Part shown: positions 20,676 through 29,311 of the stretch, piece by piece
Layout of the letters: each line of letters opens with the position of its first letter
Position numbering within the stretch: the first letter of the stretch is position 1
DNA from: Thermomicrobiales bacterium
Lineage (GTDB): Bacteria > Chloroflexota > Chloroflexia > Thermomicrobiales > UBA6265
Length of the DNA stretch: 64,000 nt
Reading direction: 5' to 3'
Assembly (NCBI GenBank): GCA_039809985.1
Contig: JBDHWC010000002.1
Location: 21,917 to 85,916 of the forward strand
Position numbers and translations under genes: made by a program
Notes under the pieces: model-generated
Database searches by the model: none
Seen by the model: the letters and a program-made list of their open reading frames with translations, nothing else
What the model was told of the DNA's origin: nothing

Positions 20676-20842
20676 GGTGCCCTGCCCCTCGACGGTCGCG
20701 AGCCGCGTCGCCGCTGCCCGCCTCGTGCCCGCCGATGCCTCCAGCATGGAAGAGATCGCCGAAATCGTCCAGACGCGACCGATGCCCGGCGGCGTGCGAT
20801 GCTAGCCGAGCGACGTCACGCGAGATCGCAGGAAGGCGGTTC

Positions 20843-22435
20843 ATGTCGCGCCCGCAGTCAGACACGCTTCCGGCCGCGCTGCTCGATCCCGCGGCGTACC
20901 CGTGGTGCCCGGCCGAGGTGGAACTCATCGAGACGCACATGTCGTGGGTCTATCTTGCGGGCGACCGTGTCGTGAAGGTGCGGCGACCCGTCGCCTACTC
21001 CTTCGTCGACCACACCTCGCTCGCCGCCCGCGAGCAGTCCGCCCGGGACGAGGTTCGGGTCAACCGCCGTCTCTCCGACGACGTCTACCTCGGGGTCGAG
21101 CCGATCACCCGAGACGGGAACCGGCTGCGGCTCGGCGGCGACGGAACGGTCGTCGACTGGGCCACCGTGATGCGGCGACTGCCCGACGCGACCATGCTCG
21201 ACCGTTTGATCGCCGAACAAGCGTTGCCGCCCGACGCCGTGCGACGACTCGCCGACCGGCTAGTGCCGTTCCACCTCGGGCTCGCGGCCCGGTGCGAGAC
21301 GGCCGCGTTCGGCACGACCGCCTCCCTGCTCGCCGTGCTGACCGACAATCTCGACGACCTCTCCCCCTTCGCCGGCACGCTCCTCGGCGCGACGGAGTTC
21401 GCCCTCGTCGCCGAGTCCGTCCGGCGCGGCGTGCTGGAACTCGGACCGCTCGCCGAGGAGCGCCGGCAGCAAGGCTGGGTCCGCGACGGCCACGGCGACC
21501 TTCGGGCCGAGCACATCAACCTCGAAACCTCCGGCCAGACCCAAGTGTTCGACGCCGTCGAGTTCTCGGCCGCGATCCGGTGCGCGGACGTGGCAAGCGA
21601 CATCGCCTACCTGCTGGTCGACCTGCGGCGACGCGACGCCGACGCCTTGGCGGCCGATCTGCTCTCCGCGGTTCGGTCCGGCGGCGTGGACCTGCCGAAT
21701 CGCCTGCTCCGCCTCTACATGGCCCACCGTGCGCTGGTGAAGGCGAAGACCATCTGCTTGGCGACCCGGAACCGGACGGCCAGCGAAGCGGAGCTTGAGG
21801 ACGCCCGGTCGGCGCTGGACGCGGCGCAATGGGCTGCCCTCGAGATCATGCCGTCGTTGCTCGTGATGGCCGGGCTGAGCGGCACCGGCAAGTCAACGGT
21901 CGCCGCCCGCCTCTCGCGCAGCCTCGGCTACCGGGTCTGTTCGTCCGACGCCGTTCGTCGACGCCTGTTCGCGACCGCGGGGACGGCCGAGCGATACCGG
22001 GCCGACGCCACCGCCGCCACCTACCAAGCGATCCTGAGCGATGCCGCCGCCGAACTGCGCGCCGGCCGAGGCGCGATCCTCGACGCGACGTTCCAAGATT
22101 CCGCCTGGCGCGATGCTGCCACGAGGCTCGCCGCCGAACACAATGTGCCCTGTCTGCTTGTCGAGACGCTCGCCGCCGTTGAGACCACGTTGGAGCGGCT
22201 TCGCGCTCGCTCCCGCCAAGGCACGTCGCTCTCGGAGGCCGACGTGAACGTCTACTTGGCGCAGCGCCAGCGCGCGGCAGCGTCTCCGGTGCCGGTGCCC
22301 GCCGCCATGGTTCACGTGCCGGTGCACACCGACCAACCGCAGCCAGATCCGCTCGACCCGGTGTTCGCCGCGCTCGCCTCCCTCGGCGTGCTCGCACCGT
22401 CGATCCCGAACACGGAGCCGTTCAGCCCGGTCTGA
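20843..22435 (+). CDS. aminoglycoside-phosphotransferase-like / AAA_33 P-loop kinase fusion (Rv2004c-like)
   Basis: IETHMSWV, HGDLRAEHI, FDAVEFS..DVASDIA; C-terminal GLSGTGKS, SSDAVRR, ILDATF, SEAD. Confidence 0.9.
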   Translation: MSRPQSDTLPAALLDPAAYPWCPAEVELIETHMSWVYLAGDRVVKVRRPVAYSFVDHTSLAAREQSARDEVRVNRRLSDDVYLGVEPITRDGNRLRLGGDGTVVDWATVMRRLPDATMLDRLIAEQALPPDAVRRLADRLVPFHLGLAARCETAAFGTTASLLAVLTDNLDDLSPFAGTLLGATEFALVAESVRRGVLELGPLAEERRQQGWVRDGHGDLRAEHINLETSGQTQVFDAVEFSAAIRCADVASDIAYLLVDLRRRDADALAADLLSAVRSGGVDLPNRLLRLYMAHRALVKAKTICLATRNRTASEAELEDARSALDAAQWAALEIMPSLLVMAGLSGTGKSTVAARLSRSLGYRVCSSDAVRRRLFATAGTAERYRADATAATYQAILSDAAAELRAGRGAILDATFQDSAWRDAATRLAAEHNVPCLLVETLAAVETTLERLRARSRQGTSLSEADVNVYLAQRQRAAASPVPVPAAMVHVPVHTDQPQPDPLDPVFAALASLGVLAPSIPNTEPFSPV

Positions 22436-22592
22436 ACCGGCACGGACAGGTGGGGGTTGAGGATTGCGACCCCAAGGTCACGCAACGTTTCAGACAGCAC
22501 CCACGTCTCACATTTCAAGCGGGTTCGTGCGATGCAACGTGCCGCGAGTCATGGCACGACGCGGCATGGAACGACAACGAACGGAGGTGAGA

Positions 22593-23519
22593 ATGATCAG
22601 ATCACGCTTGCTGCCCGTTGTGGTGGCGCTCCTGCTGACCCTCGGCTTCGCCCCAAGCGTGAGCGCCCAGCAAGGACCGCCGGCCGGGGACGTCCTCGTC
22701 CGCGTCAACGGCGACCTGGACATCGCCGCGACCGAGACGGTCGAGAACGCGGTCGGCTTCAACAGCCGGGTCACGGTCGACGGCACCGTGCTCGACCGCC
22801 TGACCGTGATTGGCGGCAGCGCCACCGTCAACGGAGCCGTCGGGGGCGAACTGCAAGTCGTCAACGGCACGCTCAAGCTCGGGCCCAACGCCCGCGTCGG
22901 CGAGGTGGTGCTCACGAACAGCACCATGAGCGAGGACGCCGGCGCAGCGGTCAGCGGGGACGTTTCGCGCGGCCCCGGCCGGTCGTTCTCGTTGCTCGGG
23001 TCCCTTTTCTCGACCCTCTGGTGGTTCGGGATCACGCTGCTGGCCCTCTTGGCAGCGGTCGTCGTCGCCTTCGTCGCGCCGACGCTGAGCCGCCTCGCCG
23101 GGCAGTCCCTCACCCGTGAGGTCGGGGGCACGATCGCGGCTTCCGCCCTGCTCTGGATCGGCCTGCCGCTTCTCGGCCTGCTCCTGGTCTTCACGATCGT
23201 CGGCGTGCCGGTCAGCCTCGCGATCTGGTTCGGGCTGATGCCGCTGCTCTGGCTGGTCGGGTTCGCGATCTCCTCGATCCGGGTCGGGGACGAGATCGCG
23301 GTCCGCGCCAACCCCGGGATGGCAGGCCGCTCCCCGGTCGGCCCCGCGATCTTGGGCGTGCTCGTGCTGCGGCTGGTCGGCCTCGTGCCGGTGATCGGCG
23401 GCCTGGTGGTCTTCCTGGCAGGCATCCTCGGGGCCGGCGCGCTGGCGTGGCGGCTCTGGCGGGAGCGCCAAACGACGAAGGCGACCCCGTTGCCTCCGGT
23501 CACCACCGTCAGCCCGTGA
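22593..23519 (+). CDS. secreted/membrane protein with a bactofilin-like beta-repeat domain and C-terminal TM bundle
   Basis: Signal peptide ending SAQ; V-x-G-x-V repeats (VDGTV, VNGAVGGEL, VSGDV); about 5 TM helices ending GILGAGAL; GGAGGTG RBS. Confidence 0.8.
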   Translation: MIRSRLLPVVVALLLTLGFAPSVSAQQGPPAGDVLVRVNGDLDIAATETVENAVGFNSRVTVDGTVLDRLTVIGGSATVNGAVGGELQVVNGTLKLGPNARVGEVVLTNSTMSEDAGAAVSGDVSRGPGRSFSLLGSLFSTLWWFGITLLALLAAVVVAFVAPTLSRLAGQSLTREVGGTIAASALLWIGLPLLGLLLVFTIVGVPVSLAIWFGLMPLLWLVGFAISSIRVGDEIAVRANPGMAGRSPVGPAILGVLVLRLVGLVPVIGGLVVFLAGILGAGALAWRLWRERQTTKATPLPPVTTVSP

Positions 23520-23547
23520 CGGGAGCGCGGCGCTGCGCGGCAAAGCA

Positions 23548-23575
23548 GAGCGGGGGTCCGATTGGGCCCCCGCTC
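23548..23575. terminator. hairpin between convergent genes (likely bidirectional terminator)
   Basis: GAGCGGGGGTCC-GATT-GGGCCCCCGCTC. Confidence 0.55.
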
Positions 23576-23608
23576 GCTCGGTCCGTCAGTTGGGGCGAAG
23601 CCGCGCGC

Positions 23609-24160
23609 CTAGCGCTTGAGCGCCGCCACGTTGTCCTGGATGCCCTTCACCTTGAACGAGAGGGCGACCAGCGTGATGCCGAACAGGATCGCGTAGATCC
23701 CGATCAGCCAGACGATCGTCAGCGCGCCGACCGCGACGTTCCGCCAGATCAGGATACCGAAGATGATCGAGAGGATGCCGGCCAGAATCAGCCAGAACTC
23801 GCCCTCGATCTCGTCCCGCAGCTTGATGCCGGCGATGATCTCGAAGATGCCGGTGACGATCGCCCACGCGCCGATCACGATGACCAGCGTCAGGCCGGTC
23901 AGGATCGGGTTCGAGAAGGCGATGATGCCGGCGATGACGCTGATGATGCCCCAAATGATGTACCAGAACCGGCTGTCGGCCTTCCCGCTGAGGGCCGCCC
24001 AGATGTTGAGGATGCCCTCGGCAATCGCGTAGATGCCGAAGACGTAGACCAAGGCCAACGCCGTGGTCGTCGGCTGGGTGAACGCGATGATGCCGAAGAT
24101 GATCGCCAAGATCCCTCGGATCAACCACGCCCACCAGTTCGTTGTCAATGCGTTGAGCAT
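23609..24160 (-). CDS. HdeD-family (DUF308) acid-resistance membrane protein
   Basis: NWWAWLIRGILAIIFG..AWAIVTGIFEI..LRDEIEGEFWLILAGILSIIFG; GGAGG RBS. Confidence 0.92.
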   Translation of the reverse strand: MLNALTTNWWAWLIRGILAIIFGIIAFTQPTTTALALVYVFGIYAIAEGILNIWAALSGKADSRFWYIIWGIISVIAGIIAFSNPILTGLTLVIVIGAWAIVTGIFEIIAGIKLRDEIEGEFWLILAGILSIIFGILIWRNVAVGALTIVWLIGIYAILFGITLVALSFKVKGIQDNVAALKR

Positions 24161-24286
24161 GTGCTCGCTCCTCCCGTGTCGCGCTGCCCGCGGTTTCCCC
24201 TGCCGCGCGTCCGCCGACCAAGGCCGGCGAACGGAGCTGCCCGAACGGCACCGTGCCCCCGGGCCTCCACTCCCCAATCGGTCAGC

Positions 24287-24697
24287 TCACGAAGCCCCGC
24301 CCCCGGCGGAGTCGGACCTGCCGCCCAGACGGTCCTTCGCCTTGGTCGCCATCGAGTCAACCACGCCCTGGAGGTCGCTGACGCCCTTCTTCAGCTCCGG
24401 CTTGGTGGTCTCCCACTGGTCCCGGGCCGACTTCTCGACCTCGTCCCCGAACTCGCTCAGCGCCGATCGCAACCGGTCCAGCGACTCGCTGGTGTGCGGC
24501 TCGTCGCCCAGCTCCCTCAGCGTCGACTTGACCCGATTCAGCACCGCCGTCTTGTCCGGCTCCTCCGAAACGCCTCGCACCGACTCCTTCAGTTTGTCCA
24601 GGGTGCTGGCAGTGGCCACCTCGCCGCCAAGGTCCTTGACGGCGGCCGTCACCTTCCCGAGCGCACCGAGGAGGCCGCCCTTGTCCGAACTGCCCAT
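24287..24697 (-). CDS. hypothetical hydrophilic helical protein
   Basis: Lys/Glu/Asp-rich amphipathic sequence; GAGG RBS. Confidence 0.65.
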   Translation of the reverse strand: MGSSDKGGLLGALGKVTAAVKDLGGEVATASTLDKLKESVRGVSEEPDKTAVLNRVKSTLRELGDEPHTSESLDRLRSALSEFGDEVEKSARDQWETTKPELKKGVSDLQGVVDSMATKAKDRLGGRSDSAGGGAS

Positions 24698-24902
24698 CGC
24701 GCTTCCTCGCTTTCAGTGACGGCCACCGGCCGAAGGCCGATGCGCCGTTGGTCCGATCGGCCGCCGGCTCCCGCCGGGACCGCCCCACTCGCTCTATTTT
24801 ACACCCCGACTGGGTGAATCCCTAGTTATTGGCGAGCAGGAAGTCAGCGCGAAGTTCCGCGCGGCGCATGCCGCGTGCCGAAGGCGCCCCGAAGGAGTGA
24901 CC

Positions 24903-26234
24903 ATGACTCCACGTCCGCCCGTCGTCACCGCCGACGAAGCCGTCGCCTGCGTCGGCTCCGGGCAGCGCATCTACCTGCACGAGGTGGCGATGGCCCCGAT
25001 CGAACTGCTGGACGCGCTCGTTCGGCGCGCCGGCACGCTCGCCGGGGTCGAGGTGGTCGCGCTCCACACCGAGGGGCCCGCCCCCCACGTCGCGCCCGGG
25101 CTGCAGGCGCACATCCGCCACAACGCCCTGTTCGCCGGCAGCAACGTGCGCGAGGCGGTCAACGACGGCCGCGCCGACTACACCCCCGTCTTCCTCTCCG
25201 CGGTGCCCGGCCTCATTCGGCACGGCGCGATGAAGGTGGACGTCGCCTTCCTGCAAGTCTCGCCGCCGGACGACCACGGCTACTGCCGTCTCGGCACCTC
25301 GATCGCCTGCGCCCGGGCCGCAGTCGACTTCGCGGACCGGGCCATCGCCGTCGTCAACCCGCAGGTGCCGCGGACGATGGGCAACTCGGCGGTGCACGTC
25401 TCCCGCTTCTCCGCCCTCGTCCCCGTCGACCGCCCGTTGCCGTCGCCGCCGGCCCCCGCCGCTGGGGAAGTCGAGCGGCTGATCGGCGAGCAGGTGGCCG
25501 CCTTGGTCCCGCCGCACGCCGTGCTCCAGATGGGGATCGGCGCGATTCCCGACGCGGTGCTGCGGCACCTCGCCGATCGGGAGGACCTCGGCGTCCACAC
25601 CGAGATGTTCTCGGACGGCCTGCTGGCGCTGGCCGAGGCCGGGGTCGTCACCAACCGGTACAAGACCACCTTCCGCGGGCGGATCGTCACCTCGTTCGCG
25701 CTCGGCAGCCCGCGGCTGTACGACTTCGTCGACATGAACCCGTTCGTCGAGTTCCACGGCTCCGACATCGTCAACGACCCGCACGAGATCAGCAGGATCG
25801 AGCGGATGACCGCGATCAACTCCGCGATCGAGGTCGACCTCACCGGCCAGGTGGTCGCCGACTCGATCGGCGAGCGCATCTACAGCGGGATCGGCGGCCA
25901 GATGGACTTCATCACCGGGGCCAGCTTCGCGCCGGGCGGTGTCGCGGTCATCGCCCTGCCGTCGACCGCGAAGGCTGGCAGCGTCTCCCGCATCGTGCCG
26001 ACGATCCGCACCGGGGCCGGCGTCGTCACCACTCGCGGGCACGTTCAGTGGGTCGTCACCGAGTGGGGTGCGGTCAACCTCGCCGCGCGGTCGCTCCGCG
26101 AGCGGGCTGAACTCTTGATCTCGGTCGCGCATCCCGATTTCCGGGCGGACCTGCGCGACGCCGCGGTCGCCCGCCGCGTGCTGGCCGTCGGCAACGGATT
26201 GTCACGTCCTTGCAACACCCCCGCGGGCGAATGA
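24903..26234 (+). CDS. acetyl-CoA hydrolase / 4-hydroxybutyrate CoA-transferase family
   Basis: GRADYTPVFLS, LQMGIGAIPDAV, LGVHTEMFSDG, SGIGGQMDF, VVTEWG. Confidence 0.93.
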   Translation: MTPRPPVVTADEAVACVGSGQRIYLHEVAMAPIELLDALVRRAGTLAGVEVVALHTEGPAPHVAPGLQAHIRHNALFAGSNVREAVNDGRADYTPVFLSAVPGLIRHGAMKVDVAFLQVSPPDDHGYCRLGTSIACARAAVDFADRAIAVVNPQVPRTMGNSAVHVSRFSALVPVDRPLPSPPAPAAGEVERLIGEQVAALVPPHAVLQMGIGAIPDAVLRHLADREDLGVHTEMFSDGLLALAEAGVVTNRYKTTFRGRIVTSFALGSPRLYDFVDMNPFVEFHGSDIVNDPHEISRIERMTAINSAIEVDLTGQVVADSIGERIYSGIGGQMDFITGASFAPGGVAVIALPSTAKAGSVSRIVPTIRTGAGVVTTRGHVQWVVTEWGAVNLAARSLRERAELLISVAHPDFRADLRDAAVARRVLAVGNGLSRPCNTPAGE

Positions 26235-26381
26235 GTCGCGGCTGCCATGCCTCGTCCGCGACACTGTGCATGGTCGATTGACCGACCAGTCGCGGACGTG
26301 ACGTGGGGTGGCCGCGCCGCGCTCCGCCACCGCCAGCGGCCCGCCACCTGCGGACCGCTGGCGGCACGTCAGGGGCTGCCG

Positions 26382-26810
26382 ATGATCGGCCGACTCACCG
26401 ACAGCGAGATCGAAGGGGTGCTGCGGCGCGGGCGGGTCGGCAGGATCGCCTGCTCGATCGACGATCGCCCCTACATTGTCCCGATCACCTACCTCTACGA
26501 GTCCGGCATGGTCTACGCGCTGAGTACGCTCGGCCGCAAGATCGCGATGATGCGCCAGCAGCCGCGAGTCTGCTTCGAGGTCGAGGAGATCGACGAGCCG
26601 TCGAACTGGCGGTGCGTCATCGCCGATGCCGAGTACGAGGAGTACACCGACTGGCAGACCCGCACCGAGGTCGTTCGCCGCATCGCCTCGCTCGGCGGCC
26701 CGGTGCTGCCCCTTCCGACCAACGGGCACGTCGCCGTTGCCGATGCCTTGGTCGTGTTCCGCCTGCGTTTGACCGACGTCTCGGGACGGTTCTCCCGCCG
26801 CGACGCCTGA
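26382..26810 (+). CDS. pyridoxamine 5'-phosphate oxidase-like flavin-binding protein
   Basis: VGRIAC..PYIVPITY..GRKIAMMRQQPRVCFEVE..NWRCVIA..SGRF. Confidence 0.88.
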   Translation: MIGRLTDSEIEGVLRRGRVGRIACSIDDRPYIVPITYLYESGMVYALSTLGRKIAMMRQQPRVCFEVEEIDEPSNWRCVIADAEYEEYTDWQTRTEVVRRIASLGGPVLPLPTNGHVAVADALVVFRLRLTDVSGRFSRRDA

Positions 26811-26918
26811 TCCCGGGTCGCACGCCCGCATCGTGACGCCGACTTCCGCCCGTGGGGTAGCCTTCGCAAGCGGCGACTTGCCGCGGTGACGGGGAGGACG
26901 CGGGAGCGAGCAGGCAAC

Positions 26919-28064
26919 ATGGCCACTCGGGAACTTGGCATGACGACGCGCTGCGTGCACGCCGGCGAAGCGCCTGACCCGACAACCGGCGCCCACGGCG
27001 TGCCTCTCTACGCCAGCGTCACCTACGCCTTCCGCTCGTTCGACCAACTGGAGGGGATGCGGGCCGGGTCGGTACCGCACTTCACCTACGCCCCGCGCGG
27101 CAACCCGACCGTTCGCTGCCTCGAGCTCAAGCTGGCCGACCTCGAGCGGACCGAGGCGTCCGTCGCCGGCGCGTCCGGCATGTCGGTGATCAGCGCCACG
27201 CTGCTCGCCCTCTGTGGCAACGGGGGCCACGTCGTCGCAGCGGACAACATCTACGAGCTGACCCAGTCCTACCTGCGCGACGAACTGCCGGCGCTCGGCG
27301 GCTCGGTCTCCTTCGTCGACGCGAACGAGCCGGGCGCGATTGAGGCGGCGATCCGCCCGGCGACTCGGCTGGTCTACGCCGAGCCGTTCTCGAACCCGCT
27401 TCTCTCGGTCACCGACCTGCGACGCCTCGCCGACATCGCCCATGCTCGGGATTTGCCGCTGGTCGTCGACAACACGTTCCTCTCCCCGGCCGTGCTCCGC
27501 CCGGCGGAGCACGGGGCGGACCTCGTGCTGCACAGCGCCACCAAGTACCTCTCCGGCCACGGCCAAGTGCAGGGCGGCTTCGCCTCTGGCAGTCGGGCGC
27601 TGGTCGAGCCGATCCGTGAGCGGCTGATCCGCAACGGCGGCGCGATGCCCCCTTTCTCGGCTTGGACGATCCTCGCCGGGATCAAGACCCTCACGCTCCG
27701 CATGCGCCAGCACAGCGCCAACGCGCTCGCGCTCGGCCGCCTCTGCGCGACCCATCCGGCCGTCGCCGAGGTGCGCTACCCCGGCCTGGAGTGCCACCCG
27801 GGCCATGCCACCGCGATCGCCCTCACGGGCGGACCTTGCGGCGGCATGCTGAGCCTGACCCTGCGCGGCGGTCGCGCGTCGAAGGCGGCCTTCATCGACG
27901 CGCTGGAACTGCCGGTGCTGGCCGTCAGCCTCGGCGACGTCTCGACCTTGGTCTGGCCGTGGGCAACCGGCGACCTGATCCGGGTCTCGGTCGGGATCGA
28001 GGACGAAGCCGACCTCCTCGCCGACTTCGCGCAGGCTCTCGACGCGGCGCGTGCCGCAGGTTGA
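26919..28064 (+). CDS. Cys/Met-metabolism PLP enzyme (cystathionine gamma-synthase/lyase family)
   Basis: VHAGE, YAPRGNPT, ASGMS, VVDNTF, HSATKYLSGH, VSLGD, IRVSVGIED. Confidence 0.93.
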   Translation: MATRELGMTTRCVHAGEAPDPTTGAHGVPLYASVTYAFRSFDQLEGMRAGSVPHFTYAPRGNPTVRCLELKLADLERTEASVAGASGMSVISATLLALCGNGGHVVAADNIYELTQSYLRDELPALGGSVSFVDANEPGAIEAAIRPATRLVYAEPFSNPLLSVTDLRRLADIAHARDLPLVVDNTFLSPAVLRPAEHGADLVLHSATKYLSGHGQVQGGFASGSRALVEPIRERLIRNGGAMPPFSAWTILAGIKTLTLRMRQHSANALALGRLCATHPAVAEVRYPGLECHPGHATAIALTGGPCGGMLSLTLRGGRASKAAFIDALELPVLAVSLGDVSTLVWPWATGDLIRVSVGIEDEADLLADFAQALDAARAAG

Positions 28065-28120
28065 ATCCCGCCGGGGACGGGGGTAGGATCGGGTGGGATG
28101 ACGCGCGAGGGGAGCAACGG

Positions 28121-28642
28121 ATGGCCATCGAAGTCGGGCAGTCGGCACCGGAGATCCACGGGACGTTCGAGGACGCCGACGGCAAGCCGCACGATCTCGC
28201 CGCCGAACTGGGTGACGGCCCGACGCTGATCGGCCTCTACAAGAGTTCGTGCCAGGCCAGCAAGACGTTCTTCCCGTTCCTCGAGCGACTGCACGAGCGG
28301 TACAAGGACGCCGGCCTGCGCGTGGTCGGCATCGGCCAGGACTCGCCCAACATCACGCGCTCCTTCGCGCGGCGGCTCGGCCTCACCTTCCCGATCCTGA
28401 TCGAGCCTGAGGGCTACCCGGTCTCCAACGCCTTCGACATCGCCGCCACCCCGACAGTGTTCCTGATTGGTCGCGACGGGAAGATCGCGTACACGACGAT
28501 GGGGTTCCTGAAACCCGGCCTTGACGCAATGGGCGACGCGGTCGCCGACGCGCTCGGCCTGCCGCACCAGCCGCTCGTCGGCGAGGACGACGCCAGCGTC
28601 CCGATGTTCGTCCCCGGCTGACCCTCGAAGCATCTGGACTAG
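28121..28642 (+). CDS. TlpA/redoxin-family thioredoxin-fold protein, probable selenoprotein (in-frame TGA 28619-28621; ends at 28621 if TGA is a stop)
   Basis: VGQSAP, CQAS (CxxS), ATPTVFLIGRDGKI. The 3' end reads CCC GGC TGA CCC TCG AAG CAT CTG GAC TAG = PG(U)PSKHLD*. Confidence 0.85.
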
Positions 28643-28656
28643 GGGTGCCCTGGTCC
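28636..28656 (+). promoter_or_regulatory. candidate bacterial SECIS hairpin
   Basis: GGACTAGGG-GTG-CCCTGGTCC begins 14 nt after the TGA; the loop starts with G, about 23 nt from the UGA. Confidence 0.55.
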
Positions 28657-28685
28657 GACCGCACTCACCAAGGACGGCCCTTCGC

Positions 28686-28880
28686 GTGCGCCACCTGAGA
28701 CGCCTCTCCGTCCTGCTCACCGTGATCGGCATCGTGGCGACGGTCGCCGGCCTCGCGGGCGTGGTGCCGCCGACGGTGACGATCGGCGGCGTGCTGCTGG
28801 CTTGGGCCGGGGTCGTCAAGATCGTCGCGCTCGAGATTTGGCGCAGGGTGCTCAACCAGCCGCCGGAGCGGTCGTTGTAG
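28686..28880 (+). CDS. small 2-TM membrane protein
   Basis: MRHLRRLSVLLTVIGIVATVAGLAGVVPP..GGVLLAWAGVVKIVAL; AAGGA upstream. Confidence 0.6.
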   Translation: MRHLRRLSVLLTVIGIVATVAGLAGVVPPTVTIGGVLLAWAGVVKIVALEIWRRVLNQPPERSL

Positions 28881-28903
28881 GACGGGCAGCGCGAGGACGG
28901 ACC

Positions 28904-29176
28904 ATGACCGAGCGGACGCCCCAGCAGGAACGCGCCGAGCAGATTCGCCGGTCGCGGCAGGTGATCGCCGGCCCGGACCTTCCGCCGCCCGGTGACCCGC
29001 TCGAGTTCGCGGACGACGACGCGGCAACTTCCTCCCCGGTGTTCTGGTACCTGGTGGCCCTCAGCGTGCTCCTCGTGCTCTCGGCGCTGCTCTGGGCCGT
29101 CTGGGGCATGGGCGCGGCCTCGTTGCCGCTCCTGATCCTCGCGATCGGGCTGCTGCTCGCCTGGTTCATGCTGTAG
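28904..29176 (+). CDS. small membrane protein
   Basis: Hydrophilic N-half plus two C-terminal TM helices; GAGGA RBS. Confidence 0.65.
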   Translation: MTERTPQQERAEQIRRSRQVIAGPDLPPPGDPLEFADDDAATSSPVFWYLVALSVLLVLSALLWAVWGMGAASLPLLILAIGLLLAWFML

Positions 29177-29249
29177 GCGACTGCCGGAGCGCCAACGCCG
29201 CACGGGCCCGCGACACCCGGGTTCCAGCGGACTCCAGCCTGCTCACGGA

Positions 29250-29290
29250 ACGCAGCGGACGCGGGGGACAGACCCCCGCGCCCGCTGCGT
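29250..29290. terminator. hairpin between convergent genes
   Basis: ACGCAGCGG-ACGCGGGGG-ACAGA-CCCCCGCG-CCCGCTGCGT. Confidence 0.55.
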
Positions 29291-29311
29291 GTGTTGCTCG
29301 CTGGCCGTCGC

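Noticed and set aside
22462-22490. TTGCGACC..GGTCACGCAA as a CRP/FNR/Rex site
   Set aside because: Half-site spacing is 8 nt rather than 6 and the match is weak.
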